From Octopus sinensis (Eukaryota), in the NCBI RefSeq assembly GCF_006345805.1, contig NC_042998.1, positions 180,482,001 to 180,546,000 on the forward strand: DNA of 64,000 nucleotides, read 5' to 3'. The stretch's first letter is position 1; every line of letters begins with the position of its first letter. The position numbers were made by a program, and so were the translations under genes. Below, in pieces: positions 52,947-64,000 of the stretch. The notes under the pieces are model-generated. The model saw nothing but the letters and a program-made list of their open reading frames with translations, searched no databases and had not been told where the DNA came from.

Positions 52947-55569
52947 ACAAACACATTCCCTGCATACCATTTTATCAATTTACCTTAGAACAGAGATTTT
53001 ATCGTTTTTTGTTTTCTTACTTTTCTATATCTCTTCTCTTTCGCTTTCTGTCTTTGATTTCTTTTTACTGCTTATTCCATTAATTTATAGCTTGTCCAGG
53101 ATTTTTGCTTTCTTCAATTCATGAACTAACAATAACAAAATCTGTAGCAACGATGTTGAATTAATCTACTTAAAGACATTTGTCCTTCAATGAGATACAC
53201 TTGACGGTTCTTATTTCTCTCTGTCTAAACATCGAATATGTCTGCTCGATAAATTATTCACATTTATCTCAAACTACTGAAATTTTGCTTCTTATCTTCT
53301 TAGTCTTATTTATTTATCATTTGGCTGAGTGGTTTTCTGATAGATTTTTCGGCCTGAAACGGAATAAACTTATCAGAGTTTAACAGCTCCGCGCATTGAA
53401 TTGTTTTTACAGTCATGTTGTCTTGAATGAAGCGAGTGATCAAACACGCAAATTAAAATTTTAAAGTTCTCTAACACCTATCCAAATATGAATAAAAGCA
53501 AATAGCGATTCGAATTGATAATTTTTCATTTTAACGCATGTCAAACTGCATGTCAAACTGCAATGGCTGAAAACAATTTTTATTTTTCAGCAACTGACGT
53601 AGACAAATCTACATCTGGACGCGGGAATGAGTCTTATTGTCTTTGTTTGGGACTCAGATTAACTTTGAATGAATAAATCCACGATTGATGATATTCCAAC
53701 AGGGGGGTCATGTTGTTTTCTTCCAGACCCTTTCAAAGCTGGAAGGCTACGATTTGAGAGATTTTGTTGCTAATTCTAGCAACTCGTGTAATTACATAAA
53801 GGCCATGTTCATTACGAAGCGTTTGATCTTATTTGCTGAAAATTGCCTTCTTTCCACATGAAATAATATACTTCCATTTAGATATACAAGTTATATTAAA
53901 AGACGCTTAATCACCCCACTAGATAGTGCAAATATTGGTATAGTTATAAGATTCCGTGTTAATTTTGCTAAGTATTCATGACATGTAAACCTCCGAGTTA
54001 TCATTCTGATGAAATAGGTCTGATATATATTCGCAAAAACAACTGCTGACACATGCTAAGAAATGCCAGCAGAGTAAGAGAAAAAAGTCAGAGTGAAACG
54101 AGTTTCCAATTGAAATCCATATCACAGTTTTAAAAATAAACAAGTACGTCACTTTACGAACGTCGCTAATGTGTTTTGCAAAGTTGTAACAAACACTGTT
54201 GGGATTTGGAGACGTTTGCCTGACAATCCCCATTGAAAAGTAAATATCCAGCGAGATGAGTCCACCATGCGATTTGATTTCTATTCCTATTGAGAGCAAA
54301 TTCACTTCACCTCTTACTGCAATGCCTTCTGAAAAGACGGGAATATCACAACTCTTAATTTCTTTGTACACGAATACATGAAACAAAGCGAATTTATTAA
54401 AATATGAACTGATTGCAAATTAATATTAAAATTTCAACTAATGTTTATCAAGGCCAAAGTTGATGTTTAGCACGTGAGGACATTCATCATTTTGTGCAAA
54501 AGAATATTTCGTAGCTACGTCAAAACACCATTGTGTGAGAGCTAACATTCATCCACCAAGAATAACATAAAGATACGTTGTTACAAAAGAATGCATTAAT
54601 CACAGTGGCCTTTATTTTGAAAGAGCTGACTTTCATAAGCTGGAGATTTGATGAGTTGTCAGCCTCTGTTCGTTATAGTGTGTCGTCCTATATGCATGAG
54701 GCAGAGAATCCGCATTATTCCAGTTATCAATGATGAGAACAATAGAGAATGAATCTGTATTGAAATACAAAATGAAATAAAACTGATGACATCTAGTGGT
54801 TCGTAGTTCGGAGTAAGAATCTCTCTTGTCAAAGTGGATAATAATATACAAAGAAAGCAAAACATTAATTCAGCGAATCAATACTGTCTTTTAATTGGCA
54901 TTTTAAGGTGAGTTTAAGAAGAAATGAGTTTAAGATAAACATATATAGTAGAATGTGGATGCCCAGGTGATTAGTGTAGTCCACAATCGGTTGAGAGTCG
55001 CCGGTTCGTATTCTGCCCGTGAAAATATGTTGTCAGTTACCAGTATGCCTAATCTTGAAATGAGCTAAATGTAAGTAGGTACGCCATTGTACGAACAAGT
55101 GGCGCAGTAGCACTGTTAAGTGGAAAAGTTCTGCTGTAGCAAATTTATTCCATTCAACAAATTGTTTTAGAGTGGCAAGTTGAAATTCCCCTTGCAAAAA
55201 CTGTTTCATTTGATTAACGTCGTGAAAACTGAACGTAATCAACGATACTATATGGATCACGTGATTTGAAAAATATTAACTTCTACCTTTAGATGTACCT
55301 TAAATAAAATGTATATGACTTGCAAATTAGTGTTATTTAGTAAACACGAAATATATCTCCTAATATACGATGCGTGTTGTGAAATATTTATTAACTGGTG
55401 ATTTAATCTCATGTTATTCTCAGAAAATCTGACATCTCTGACAGGTATATAAACTGATAGATTGAATGTCCCGTCAAGAAACGTAGGAAAACACTAACAG
55501 CAGATTTGAAAGGTTTTTGGTATATTCTATACATTTACTTCTACACTAAATTGGAGCGCGTGCGCGCAC

Positions 55570-55705
55570 ACACACACACACATACATACATACATACATA
55601 CATACATACATACATACATACATACATACATACATGCATGCATGCTTGCATACATACATACATACATACATACATACATACATACATACATACATACATA
55701 CATGC
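55570..55705. repeat. (TACA)n microsatellite
   Basis: Direct reading. Confidence 0.95.
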
Positions 55706-55749
55706 ATGCGTAAATACACATTTTGGCGATGACTTCAATACGATAATAC

Positions 55750-57005
55750 CTAAATGTCGGGTCCCTTCCCCCACGCCACGTGCACGTACGCTGGTGACTA
55801 GCGTGAGCGATCAGCGATTGGCAGATCCGGACACAGTGGCCGCAGGGAAATGTCTCATACAGTACTTCCGTCAGGCTCTCCTCTCTTCCTGGCTGACACG
55901 ACGGTTTACCTCAAAAGCGCTGGTAGTTTTGTGGTTGGTGTGGCATCAAGCATTGCGATCAGCAGCCTGGGTGGTCCACTGGTGGAGTTCAATATTACAA
56001 ACTTTCAGTGCCTTCTTTTAGCATGTCTTAGTACCGCTTCTTGAGCGCACCGCTCTTTTCGACAACCAGAAGACTATTCTCCGTAGCGTACGGTCTTTAG
56101 CAGGCGATGATCCGCCATTTTTAGAGACAGACACCACCTTATGCAGATGTGTGAAATACAAAATGAAATAAAACTGATGGCATCTAGTGGTTGGTAGTTC
56201 GGAGTAAGAATCTCTCTTGTCAAAGTGAATAATAATATACGAAGAAATGAAAACATTAATTCAATACTGTCCTTTAATTGGCATTTTAAGGTGAGTTTAA
56301 GAATTGTATTGCATTTATACTGAGCACTCTAAAAAGCAAACAGTGAAATTTTATTCTCTAAACAATAGCTAAACCACCGAGATAGTGGTTTAATATATGC
56401 ATGCACACATAAAATGACCTCTGTACTGGTGTTCTTGGCTTCTTTGAGCACCACTGCGTTGGTGACGTTGTCACGCCAGTAGATATTTAATAGATGCCCA
56501 GGTAGCGTTGGTGGAATCTCTCCAGAAGACGGGTGTGACAGCGAACAATACCTATGACTCAGAGATGTATAAAAAAGTAGTAAAACTACGGTGCTGTAAA
56601 CACTGAGCTTTGTCTCTGTTCTCACGTTGTTATTTCTCCACATCCTCTCCTTAAGTCTCCCAAAGGCACTGTTGATTTTGACCAGTCTGTTATCTAATTC
56701 CTCGTCGATTCTGGTATCAATTGGGATGACACTTCCAAAGAGGCAGAACTGCTGCACAACATACAGGTTAGCTTGATTGAAGGAAGTATTTGGTGAATGG
56801 TATACAACCTGGTGAGCAGGTTGATGGAGGATTTCAGTCTTCTTCAAACTGACTTCTTGGTCAAAGAGGTTTAAAGCATTTGCAAAGCATCAAATAAGGT
56901 GCTGCATACCTCTCTTGATGAGTGCAACAAGTATGGCATCGTAATCGTCAGGAAACAGGACCTCCTGATTGCTGAACATGCCGTACTTGTTGCGCACACC
57001 CACAG
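55750..57005 (-). mobile_element. 5'-truncated RTE-clade (BovB-like) LINE relic, interrupted at 56152-56409
   Basis: LFPDD, VSLKKTEILHQP, FCLFGS, SAFGRLKERMW, TKLSVY, WRDNVTNAVVLKEA, MADHRLLKTVRYGE and FPCGHCVRIC..H motifs. Confidence 0.88.
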
Positions 57006-60000
57006 GGCCGTACATACATGCATACATACATGCATACATATATACATACATATATAGATAAATGCATAATGAAATTAAAGCATATAGTGTATTAAAAGAA
57101 TGTAGTTTCCAAAACCCAAATAGCTACGAAACATCACAATTCATTGCACGCCTTCGTTTCCCTTACTCGAGGGAATAAGTAATTGATTTGAAGAAAAGGA
57201 TGATAAGAACAGACCGTTGACTTTTCGGTGATCTCTTATGACATTAACGACTTTTAGAGGTGGTGTCATTCGTTATGATAATCCTAATTACAAGATAGAA
57301 TTTACTTCAAATAAATTATTTTGCTGTAATCATTTATCCTAACTCAGACTTGCACTAGTAGACTTATATAATAAAATATTTCCTGTCTATTTTTGTTTTT
57401 ACAAGCGTTGTATATCTAAAATTACTGTACGATGGTATGTTTAAAATTATTTTGATACAGTGTATCTAAAATTACTTCCTATTGAAAAGATGACAGAGCG
57501 TGATGGAAGAAAGACTTGGAAGATATATTTTTAGCAAGGCTAGTGACCGCATAGAGGCTTTTAAATTGGTTGGGACATAATTTGAAATATCCTTTTATAA
57601 AGACGAAGGTATTGATCCAGTCGAGTCGAAAGAATTATTTTCTTAATATGAACATTTATAGAAACGCAAACGTTATATGGAGAGATGTTGACTGTACAAT
57701 TCGGCTACTTAGGCTGCAGCGTTCACTAAGGTTTTACAACTTTCGACATTAACATAGCATCTACTCCCGACTTTTCCTCGTATCAAAATGATGTTAAACA
57801 TTTAGATTCACTTCTAAATATCTCATCGAAATAGATATAAATATCCACAATGGCAGGTAAATTTATTTTTGCTTTTCAACATTTAGTCCCAGAACACTAT
57901 TGTCGTTTTATTTTATCGTCATTCTGCGGATATGTAAAAGTTTAGAATCTTGGAGGTATTGAATCCAGGAAATTTAAACAGTGAATCACTGATCGATTAT
58001 CTAGAGTAGTTGAATATTCCAACATTGCAGAATGGCCTTAATGTAACGCTGAGTCTTTCATGAATTTCCTGATAGTTTTCATCATTCATTATTTATTATG
58101 AAAATTATCGTTAAATTAATTATATACAGTCACGTAAATGAAAGTAGTTACCTTTAGTTATGGTGTCTGGTTAGTGAGTTCAGCTTTTCAATTCATTTTC
58201 TTGCTGAATATTCAAATCCTTTTACTTGCTTACTGCACAGTAAATGGAATAGCGCATTCAAGCCGTCACAGGCAGGAGAAAGATGAATGTTAGTTTATAC
58301 TAAATAGCACTGAACCATGTCGTAAAAAAGAGAGAAGCTATCGCATGTGTCGGTGGGTGCGGATTTCCCACTGATAAAATCGACAAGTTTGCTACTGTAT
58401 AAAAGTATATGATTAACTCCAGCATTATCGATGTAACTGCAACCATTCATTGCATTGATAAATGACGTCTAGTTGTACAGTCATAAAAGTCTATGTGTAC
58501 AGCAATAAAATTTGATTTATGAGCTGCTCTCCATAATGTGCCTTCCATAGAATAGATACCGAGTAAAGTATTGCATTTATATTGAGCACTCTAAAAAGTA
58601 AACAGTGAAATGTTATTCTCTAAACAATAGCTAAACCACCGAGATAGCGGTCTAATATATGCATACACACAATGCATATATTTCTTTAGGAAGTATAACC
58701 TATGTAATCCAGTAAGAGTATGTGCATTTTTATCGATAACATTAAAATAAAATGAGATAATACATTAATGAAAATTTATCATTGAAAATTTACTTAATCC
58801 ATTTAAATAACAGCCTGTATGCAATTTCGCTTTACGTGTTGAATGATTAAACATTTCCGTAAAATTCATTCCAACCAAATGGATTTTTATACTTTTTAAG
58901 ATATATAAGCCAAAACACGGCAAGTCATTTACCGTAACGCTTAGGTTTCAAATTATTTGCAGGTGTTATTCTGTAAAATCTAAGTTCATTAATACATATA
59001 ATCAGTTTCCAATCACGTAGAACCAAGACAAAAAGAATTAGATATCGTCTAAAATTTTAGTGAATCTTCGAGATATAAATATATATATATTATCGAATGG
59101 TATACGGTTAAGTCATATTTTATTTTTCAACGAATGATCCTTGTCCTTTTTCTTCCCGCTTCCGAAATTCTTAAATACCTGTTAAGGAATTTAAGTGTGA
59201 AATATATATTTAAGTCCAGTGAAATAGTGTTTCTAAGGAGACGAGAGGAGGATATTCTCAGCAAGTAGATCAGATTAATAGGAATATAGCGAATATTTTA
59301 TAACTGTTGTATAATCCCCGAATGAGGAATCATGGTTTTTGAAAGCAAAACTTCATACATAGGAGAGACCATAAAAGAGTCGGGAAGAAGATTTTTCGTG
59401 AGTAGTGAATTTCACGATTCGAATATTTGTCCATCTTGGGAGTGGAATGGAATATATAAATTCTATGGTGTCACGTATCTAATTAAGGTCGTACAGAAAT
59501 GTCAAAAGCTGGTGGAAAAAAATATCACTTCAGAGTATAAGAACGATCGAGGGATATAATTCCAATAAGCTCAATTGAATGAAATTTCTTTGCAATATAT
59601 ACTATTGAAATTGGTATAGCTATAATATTTCAAAGCAACTACTAAGAGAAACATATATTATTCGGTCCTATTAGATCTCTTCCCCGAAACACATTCTATT
59701 CTTTTGCTAAGATTAGAGTGATCAGTTAAATTTGAATTCGCTTGAAAGTTGATCTCCTGCTAATGAATATCAGCAATACTGATAAGGGAAAATATTTCTG
59801 AGATGCTTTCTCCACACTAAATACTAATAGAGCTAAGACTCACATAGGTAATATGACGAACAGAAAATCATTGATCTTCTGCTATTTCCGAGGACTCAAT
59901 TCAAGTACACCTTCTATTGGATATGTAAGACTTCATTGAAATAGATTTTACCGAATAGACATGGAGGGCGAAGCAATGCTTTTAAGACTTCATTCTATCA

Positions 60001-60295
60001 AAAAAAAAAAAAACAACTACCGATAATGAGAAGGGTAGTACACACACATAAACACACACGAACGCATGCACTCACATACACACGCACGCACACGTGCAAG
60101 TGTACTCATACTCACACACACGCACAGAGAGAGAAGGAGAGAGAGAATTAGCGGTGAATGTATATATTGATTTTTCACTTAAATATATATGCATATAAAT
60201 ACAAATATATTTACATTCATTCATACATGCGCACACAGACACATATACGTATATATGCCTACGTACACACACATTTATATAAATGTATAGGGGGA

Positions 60296-60333
<38 letters not shown>

Positions 60334-60337
<4 letters not shown>

Positions 60338-60532
60338 GGAAGAATTCACAAAAAAAAGACGAAGACAGTTGGTGTAGAAAACAAACATGTATTAGTATAA
60401 CGCTCCGAAATTGAAAAAGTCTTTAGCGTTTCGAGCCTACGCTCTTCCACGGAAAGGAACACAGAAAGAAACAAAGAAAGAAATAAAGAGAAAAAATAAT
60501 GTGTGTAGTGGCTAGCGGTCTATCATGGCGAA
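60334..60532 (-). mobile_element. PLE pseudo-LTR segment with degenerate minimal hammerhead
   Basis: Minus strand gccatgatagaccgctagccac...ccgtggaagagcgtaggctcgaaacgctaaagac...(TA)n. Confidence 0.7.
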
Positions 60533-60707
60533 TGATAAATGTAAATATATATATATTTACATACATATATATATATATATCAACAATCAAGGAACGGCCA
60601 TAATAGGCCATTCACCCACTAGAAATAAAATAACAGCCAAAGCTTCAACCGCAAATAAAGATCAATTCCGTAAACAGGAGAAAATTTAAAAAAACATTTA
60701 CCCTGTA

Positions 60708-60811
60708 ATTCTTGTACGATGCACCGTTCGTCTGCGTTTAATGGTAAACTAACCTGATTAAATTAAATCAAGCCAATCTTCCATAGGCCCTCAGATTCTT
60801 CAGCAAGAAAT
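60708..60811 (-). ncRNA. Type I hammerhead copy with 1-nt deletions (GAAC for GAAAC)
   Basis: Reverse complement of 61203-61309 except for single-base deletions, one in the GAAA core (mutation or assembly error). Confidence 0.65.
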
Positions 60812-61202
60812 AGCCAAGTCGGAACAGATATTTTCACGAGGCATTTCCGACCCTGCCAAGGCAATATCTGACCTAAAATTTTCAAATCGTCGCACTCGCC
60901 GCCAAATTTATCGGCAGCAATAAATATAAGCCGTCGATTCCATTACGGAATTAACCAGAAAATTCATTAATTAATCAATATAGGGTGGTGAAAAAAATTT
61001 TGTAGAATCTTTTTGCCACCAGCGGCCTAGTGGGAAAAAATTAAATAGTCATAGACCATTTTTAAGTTCAACATCAACAATCAAGGAACGGCCATAATAG
61101 GCCATTCACCCACTAGAAATAACAGCCAAAGCTTCAACCGCAAATAAAGATCAATTCACAGGGTCGGAAATGCCTCGTGAAAATATCTGTTCCGACTTGG
61201 CT

Positions 61203-61309
61203 ATTTCTTGCTGAAGAATCTGAGGGCCTATGGAAGATTGGCTTGATTTAATTTAATCAGGTTAGTTTACCATTAAACAGCAGACGAAACGGTGCATCGT
61301 ACAAGAAAT
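61203..61309 (+). ncRNA. Type I hammerhead ribozyme with long stem II
   Basis: Stem I atttcttg/caagaaat (8 bp perfect); core CTGAAGA 61211-61217; stem II (a)tctg/caga(c) with an internal ttggcttgatt/aatcaggttag helix; GAAAC 61286-61290; stem III acgg-tgca-tcgt; GUA triplet ending 61301. Confidence 0.82.
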
Positions 61310-61539
61310 TACAGGGTAGGTAAATGTTTTTTTAAATTTTCTCCTGTTTACGGAATTGATTTTATTTGCGGTTGATTGAGCTTTGGCTGTTATTTCTAGT
61401 GGGTGAATGGCCTATATGGCCGTTCCTTGATTGTTGATGTTGAACTTAAAAAATGGTCTATGACTATTTAATTTTTTCCACTAGGCCGCTGGTGGCAAAA
61501 AGAATTCTACAAAATTTTTTTCACCACCCTATATTGATT

Positions 61540-61575
<36 letters not shown>

Positions 61576-61589
61576 AGTCACATACGTAC

Positions 61590-61632
<43 letters not shown>

Positions 61633-61828
61633 TTACATACATATATATATATATGTGTGTATATATTATTATATATATATATATATATATATATAGATAT
61701 ATATATTATATATATATATATATATATAATATAATATATATATATATTAAACCAGTAGAGAAGAAGAAGAAACGAAACGAAACCAAACGAATCGAATCGA
61801 CTTATATATATATATATATTATATATAT

Positions 61829-62652
61829 AACACTGGGTGGGTGGAGTGTGTAACTAGGTATTAGATATCGCTCATAGTTTTAGTTTCACTGTAGACAAGA
61901 CGATAACATATGTTAGACAGGCATCACTAATGGGAATTTCTTATTTTCTTATTGTCTAATTTCTTATTTCTTATTTTCCAGATGGCCGGTCGCTTGACTA
62001 TTCAGGAGAGAGCTAAGTTAGCAGCACGTTATGAAGCGTTGAATTCCATTGTTTTGTTTCAGAGATGGTGGCGTGCATGGAAAAGTAATCTTGTAGAACT
62101 AGGTTCGGAGACAATAAACAGTTGTCATGCAAAGCTGATGACCACGGGCCTTTTGAACGACGCAGCAAGAAGTGGCCATCCAACCACGTCCCGTTCAGTG
62201 GAGAGCGTGGCAACAGTGCAGGAAATGTTTAATCGCAGACAGCAAAAATCTACACTTCAAGCAGCTCGTGAAAGTGGACTAACAAGATACATAATACTGA
62301 AAAGTGTGATCGCTGAAGTCCAGAAGTCCAGCTCTCATTCCATGTGATTTTTACCCGTGGAGTTACACAGTAGAGGAGTGTACTAGACAAAACGTCGCAC
62401 GCTGGGGGACTTTGAGACACGGATTCAGGAAGTTCTCAATATCCCAGACGACGTCCTTTAGAAGGTTGTTCATTCCGTCCTTGGTCGTTTTAGGAAACTG
62501 GTTGACGCCACTGATGCTTACGCTGAGACATGAAGATTTAGTTTCATTTTCCCATGTAATAAAGAACATGTATCATTTGTTTCAATACATTTATAAAAGG
62601 AATATAGATTTTATTACCAATTTTAATGCTTACTTACTTATCACCCACCATG

Positions 62653-62654
<2 letters not shown>
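61829..62654 (+). mobile_element. Internally deleted Tc1/mariner-superfamily element
   Basis: ORF 61952-62347 (MAGRLTIQERAKLAARYE...AARSGHP..STLQAARESGL) is an N-terminal HTH region joined to a C-terminal IPDDVL..VVHSV piece; imperfect TIRs cactgggtgggtg / cacccaccatgta next to TA. Confidence 0.82.
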
Positions 62655-62709
<55 letters not shown>

Positions 62710-62731
62710 TGTGTGTGTGTGTGTGTGCATG

Positions 62732-63600
62732 TACGTGGTCTGATCAAAAAGTATCCAGATTGATGCCATAATAACGAAGCGAAAGGACACAGACGGAAGC
62801 CGCTTGGCACAGATTGACATTCATGCGCACTAAGTTTTAACTTTCTAGCTAACTTCCTGTCTTTACAGCAGTGTTTGGGGGGACGTTGTGTAGTGTGTGA
62901 TAGTGGCATTGACCATGACAGAGAAAGTAGACCAGAAATTCTGAATAACTTTTGCCAAAAGCTTGGTTATACCTGCTCAGAGGCCTATGCAAAGTTTTCA
63001 AACAATTTTCATCTTTCTCATCACAATCAAAGAGATCTTGTGCAACTGAAAACCTGAGTGTCTTTTCGGTCAGCTGAAAGCAGTTTTGGCACAAACTTTG
63101 CAGGCACACGTTTCATACTCAAATCTTCAACAATAATGGACTGAACCGAACGGTAACTAATCTACACATCTTCTGATAACTTACGGATGGTGATTCGACG
63201 ATTTCTCCCCACAGCTGCACGCACATCTGATTTTCTCAGTTTTGCTGGTTGCGTGTCTCCCGGAACATTCGTCAATATCAACATTTTTCGGCCATCATGG
63301 AAACATTTCAACCACTTGTACACTTGTGTGCGGCTCATACACTCCTCTCCATACACATTCTGCAACCTTGCGTAGGCCGCTGAGCAGATATAGCCATGTC
63401 AACTTTGTCATGATCAATACCACGATCACACGCTACACACCTTCCTTCCAGGCATTGCTGTAAATAGCGGAAGTGAGCCAGAATGTTAAAACTTAGTGCA
63501 CATGCACAGCAGAATTCAAGGTCAATCTATGTCGAGCGACTTTACTCTGTATGCTTTAGCTTCGTTACTATGGCAACAGTCTGGATACTTATTGAGAATA
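62732..63600. mobile_element. Two mariner 5' halves fused in inverted orientation
   Basis: Left arm (+) carries a TIR, UTR and transposase start; right arm (-) carries a TIR, UTR and QNVYGEECMSRTQVYKW..RRITIRKL..MKRVPAKFVPKLL; junction near 62995. Confidence 0.8.
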
Positions 63601-63641
63601 AAAAAAAACTTGTGGATTTAGTAATCAAGGTGTTGTATATA

Positions 63642-64000
63642 TAACAGGTGTTGTCAAAAAGTTTCTGCACTATTTCTGTAACGGGACGGCAGATAGCAGC
63701 ACACGGTTGTGTGCGCAGTGGGAGCTAACAGTGACCTTCATGAGGCTATGTGTCGAGTGATATTGCTGTGTTTGCAAGTTGTGAAATTTGTGTTTTTGTG
63801 ATCACGTGTATCCTATAGTCTGCGATTGTGTTATAGACAGTAAGTTTGAACAAAGATCCAATGTGAAATTTTACGTTAAACTTGGAAAGTCTGATACAGA
63901 GGTACTGAGCATGCTTCGGAAAGCTTACGGCAACGGGGCAATGGGTCGTACGCAACGTTTTCGAGTGACATGGGTGCGTCAAGAGCGGAAGAACATCCTT
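63642..64000 (+). mobile_element. Mariner element 5' end (runs off the window)
   Basis: acaggtgttgtcaaaaagtt TIR-like start; EQRSNVKFYVKLGKSDTEVLSMLRKAYGNGAMGRTQ transposase N-terminus. Confidence 0.82.

Larger units (their letters stand above)
60579..61544. mobile_element. Hammerhead-bearing palindromic non-autonomous element (retrozyme/PLE-like), family 2
   Basis: Segment order Q R S P Q then R' Q' P'; direct repeat 60579-60668 / 61073-61157; inverted arm 61159-61544; (TA)n on both sides. Confidence 0.85.

Noticed and set aside
54659-56256. Two similar short ORFs (LTREILTPNY) as paralogous genes
   Set aside because: They simply reflect the 54761-54920 / 56152-56303 DNA duplication.

Overview
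AT-rich, repeat-dominated animal genomic DNA. The SINE families, (TA)n/(AAT)n microsatellite load and element mix look like an octopus (cephalopod) genome; this is an inference. No host protein-coding gene can be identified with confidence, only a few weak exon candidates. The window holds many tRNA-derived SINEs (some with clear TSDs, some dimeric or trimeric), decayed R4/Dong, RTE and Penelope-like (PLE) retroelements, Tc1/mariner relics, an 8-bp-TSD MITE carrying TTAGGG repeats, and HINE/DINE-1-like elements. The most interesting signal is two unrelated, non-coding, palindromic islands beside (TA)n tracts (31386-32178 and 60579-61544). Each arm carries a type I hammerhead ribozyme motif. 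Each island resolves into a circularly permuted monomer (about 432 nt and about 490 nt) with nested long-range self-complementarity. This fits retrozyme-like circular-RNA retroelements integrated with a PLE-style inverted end. Several further (TA)n-associated palindromes and degenerate hammerhead motifs point to the same mobilisation route.
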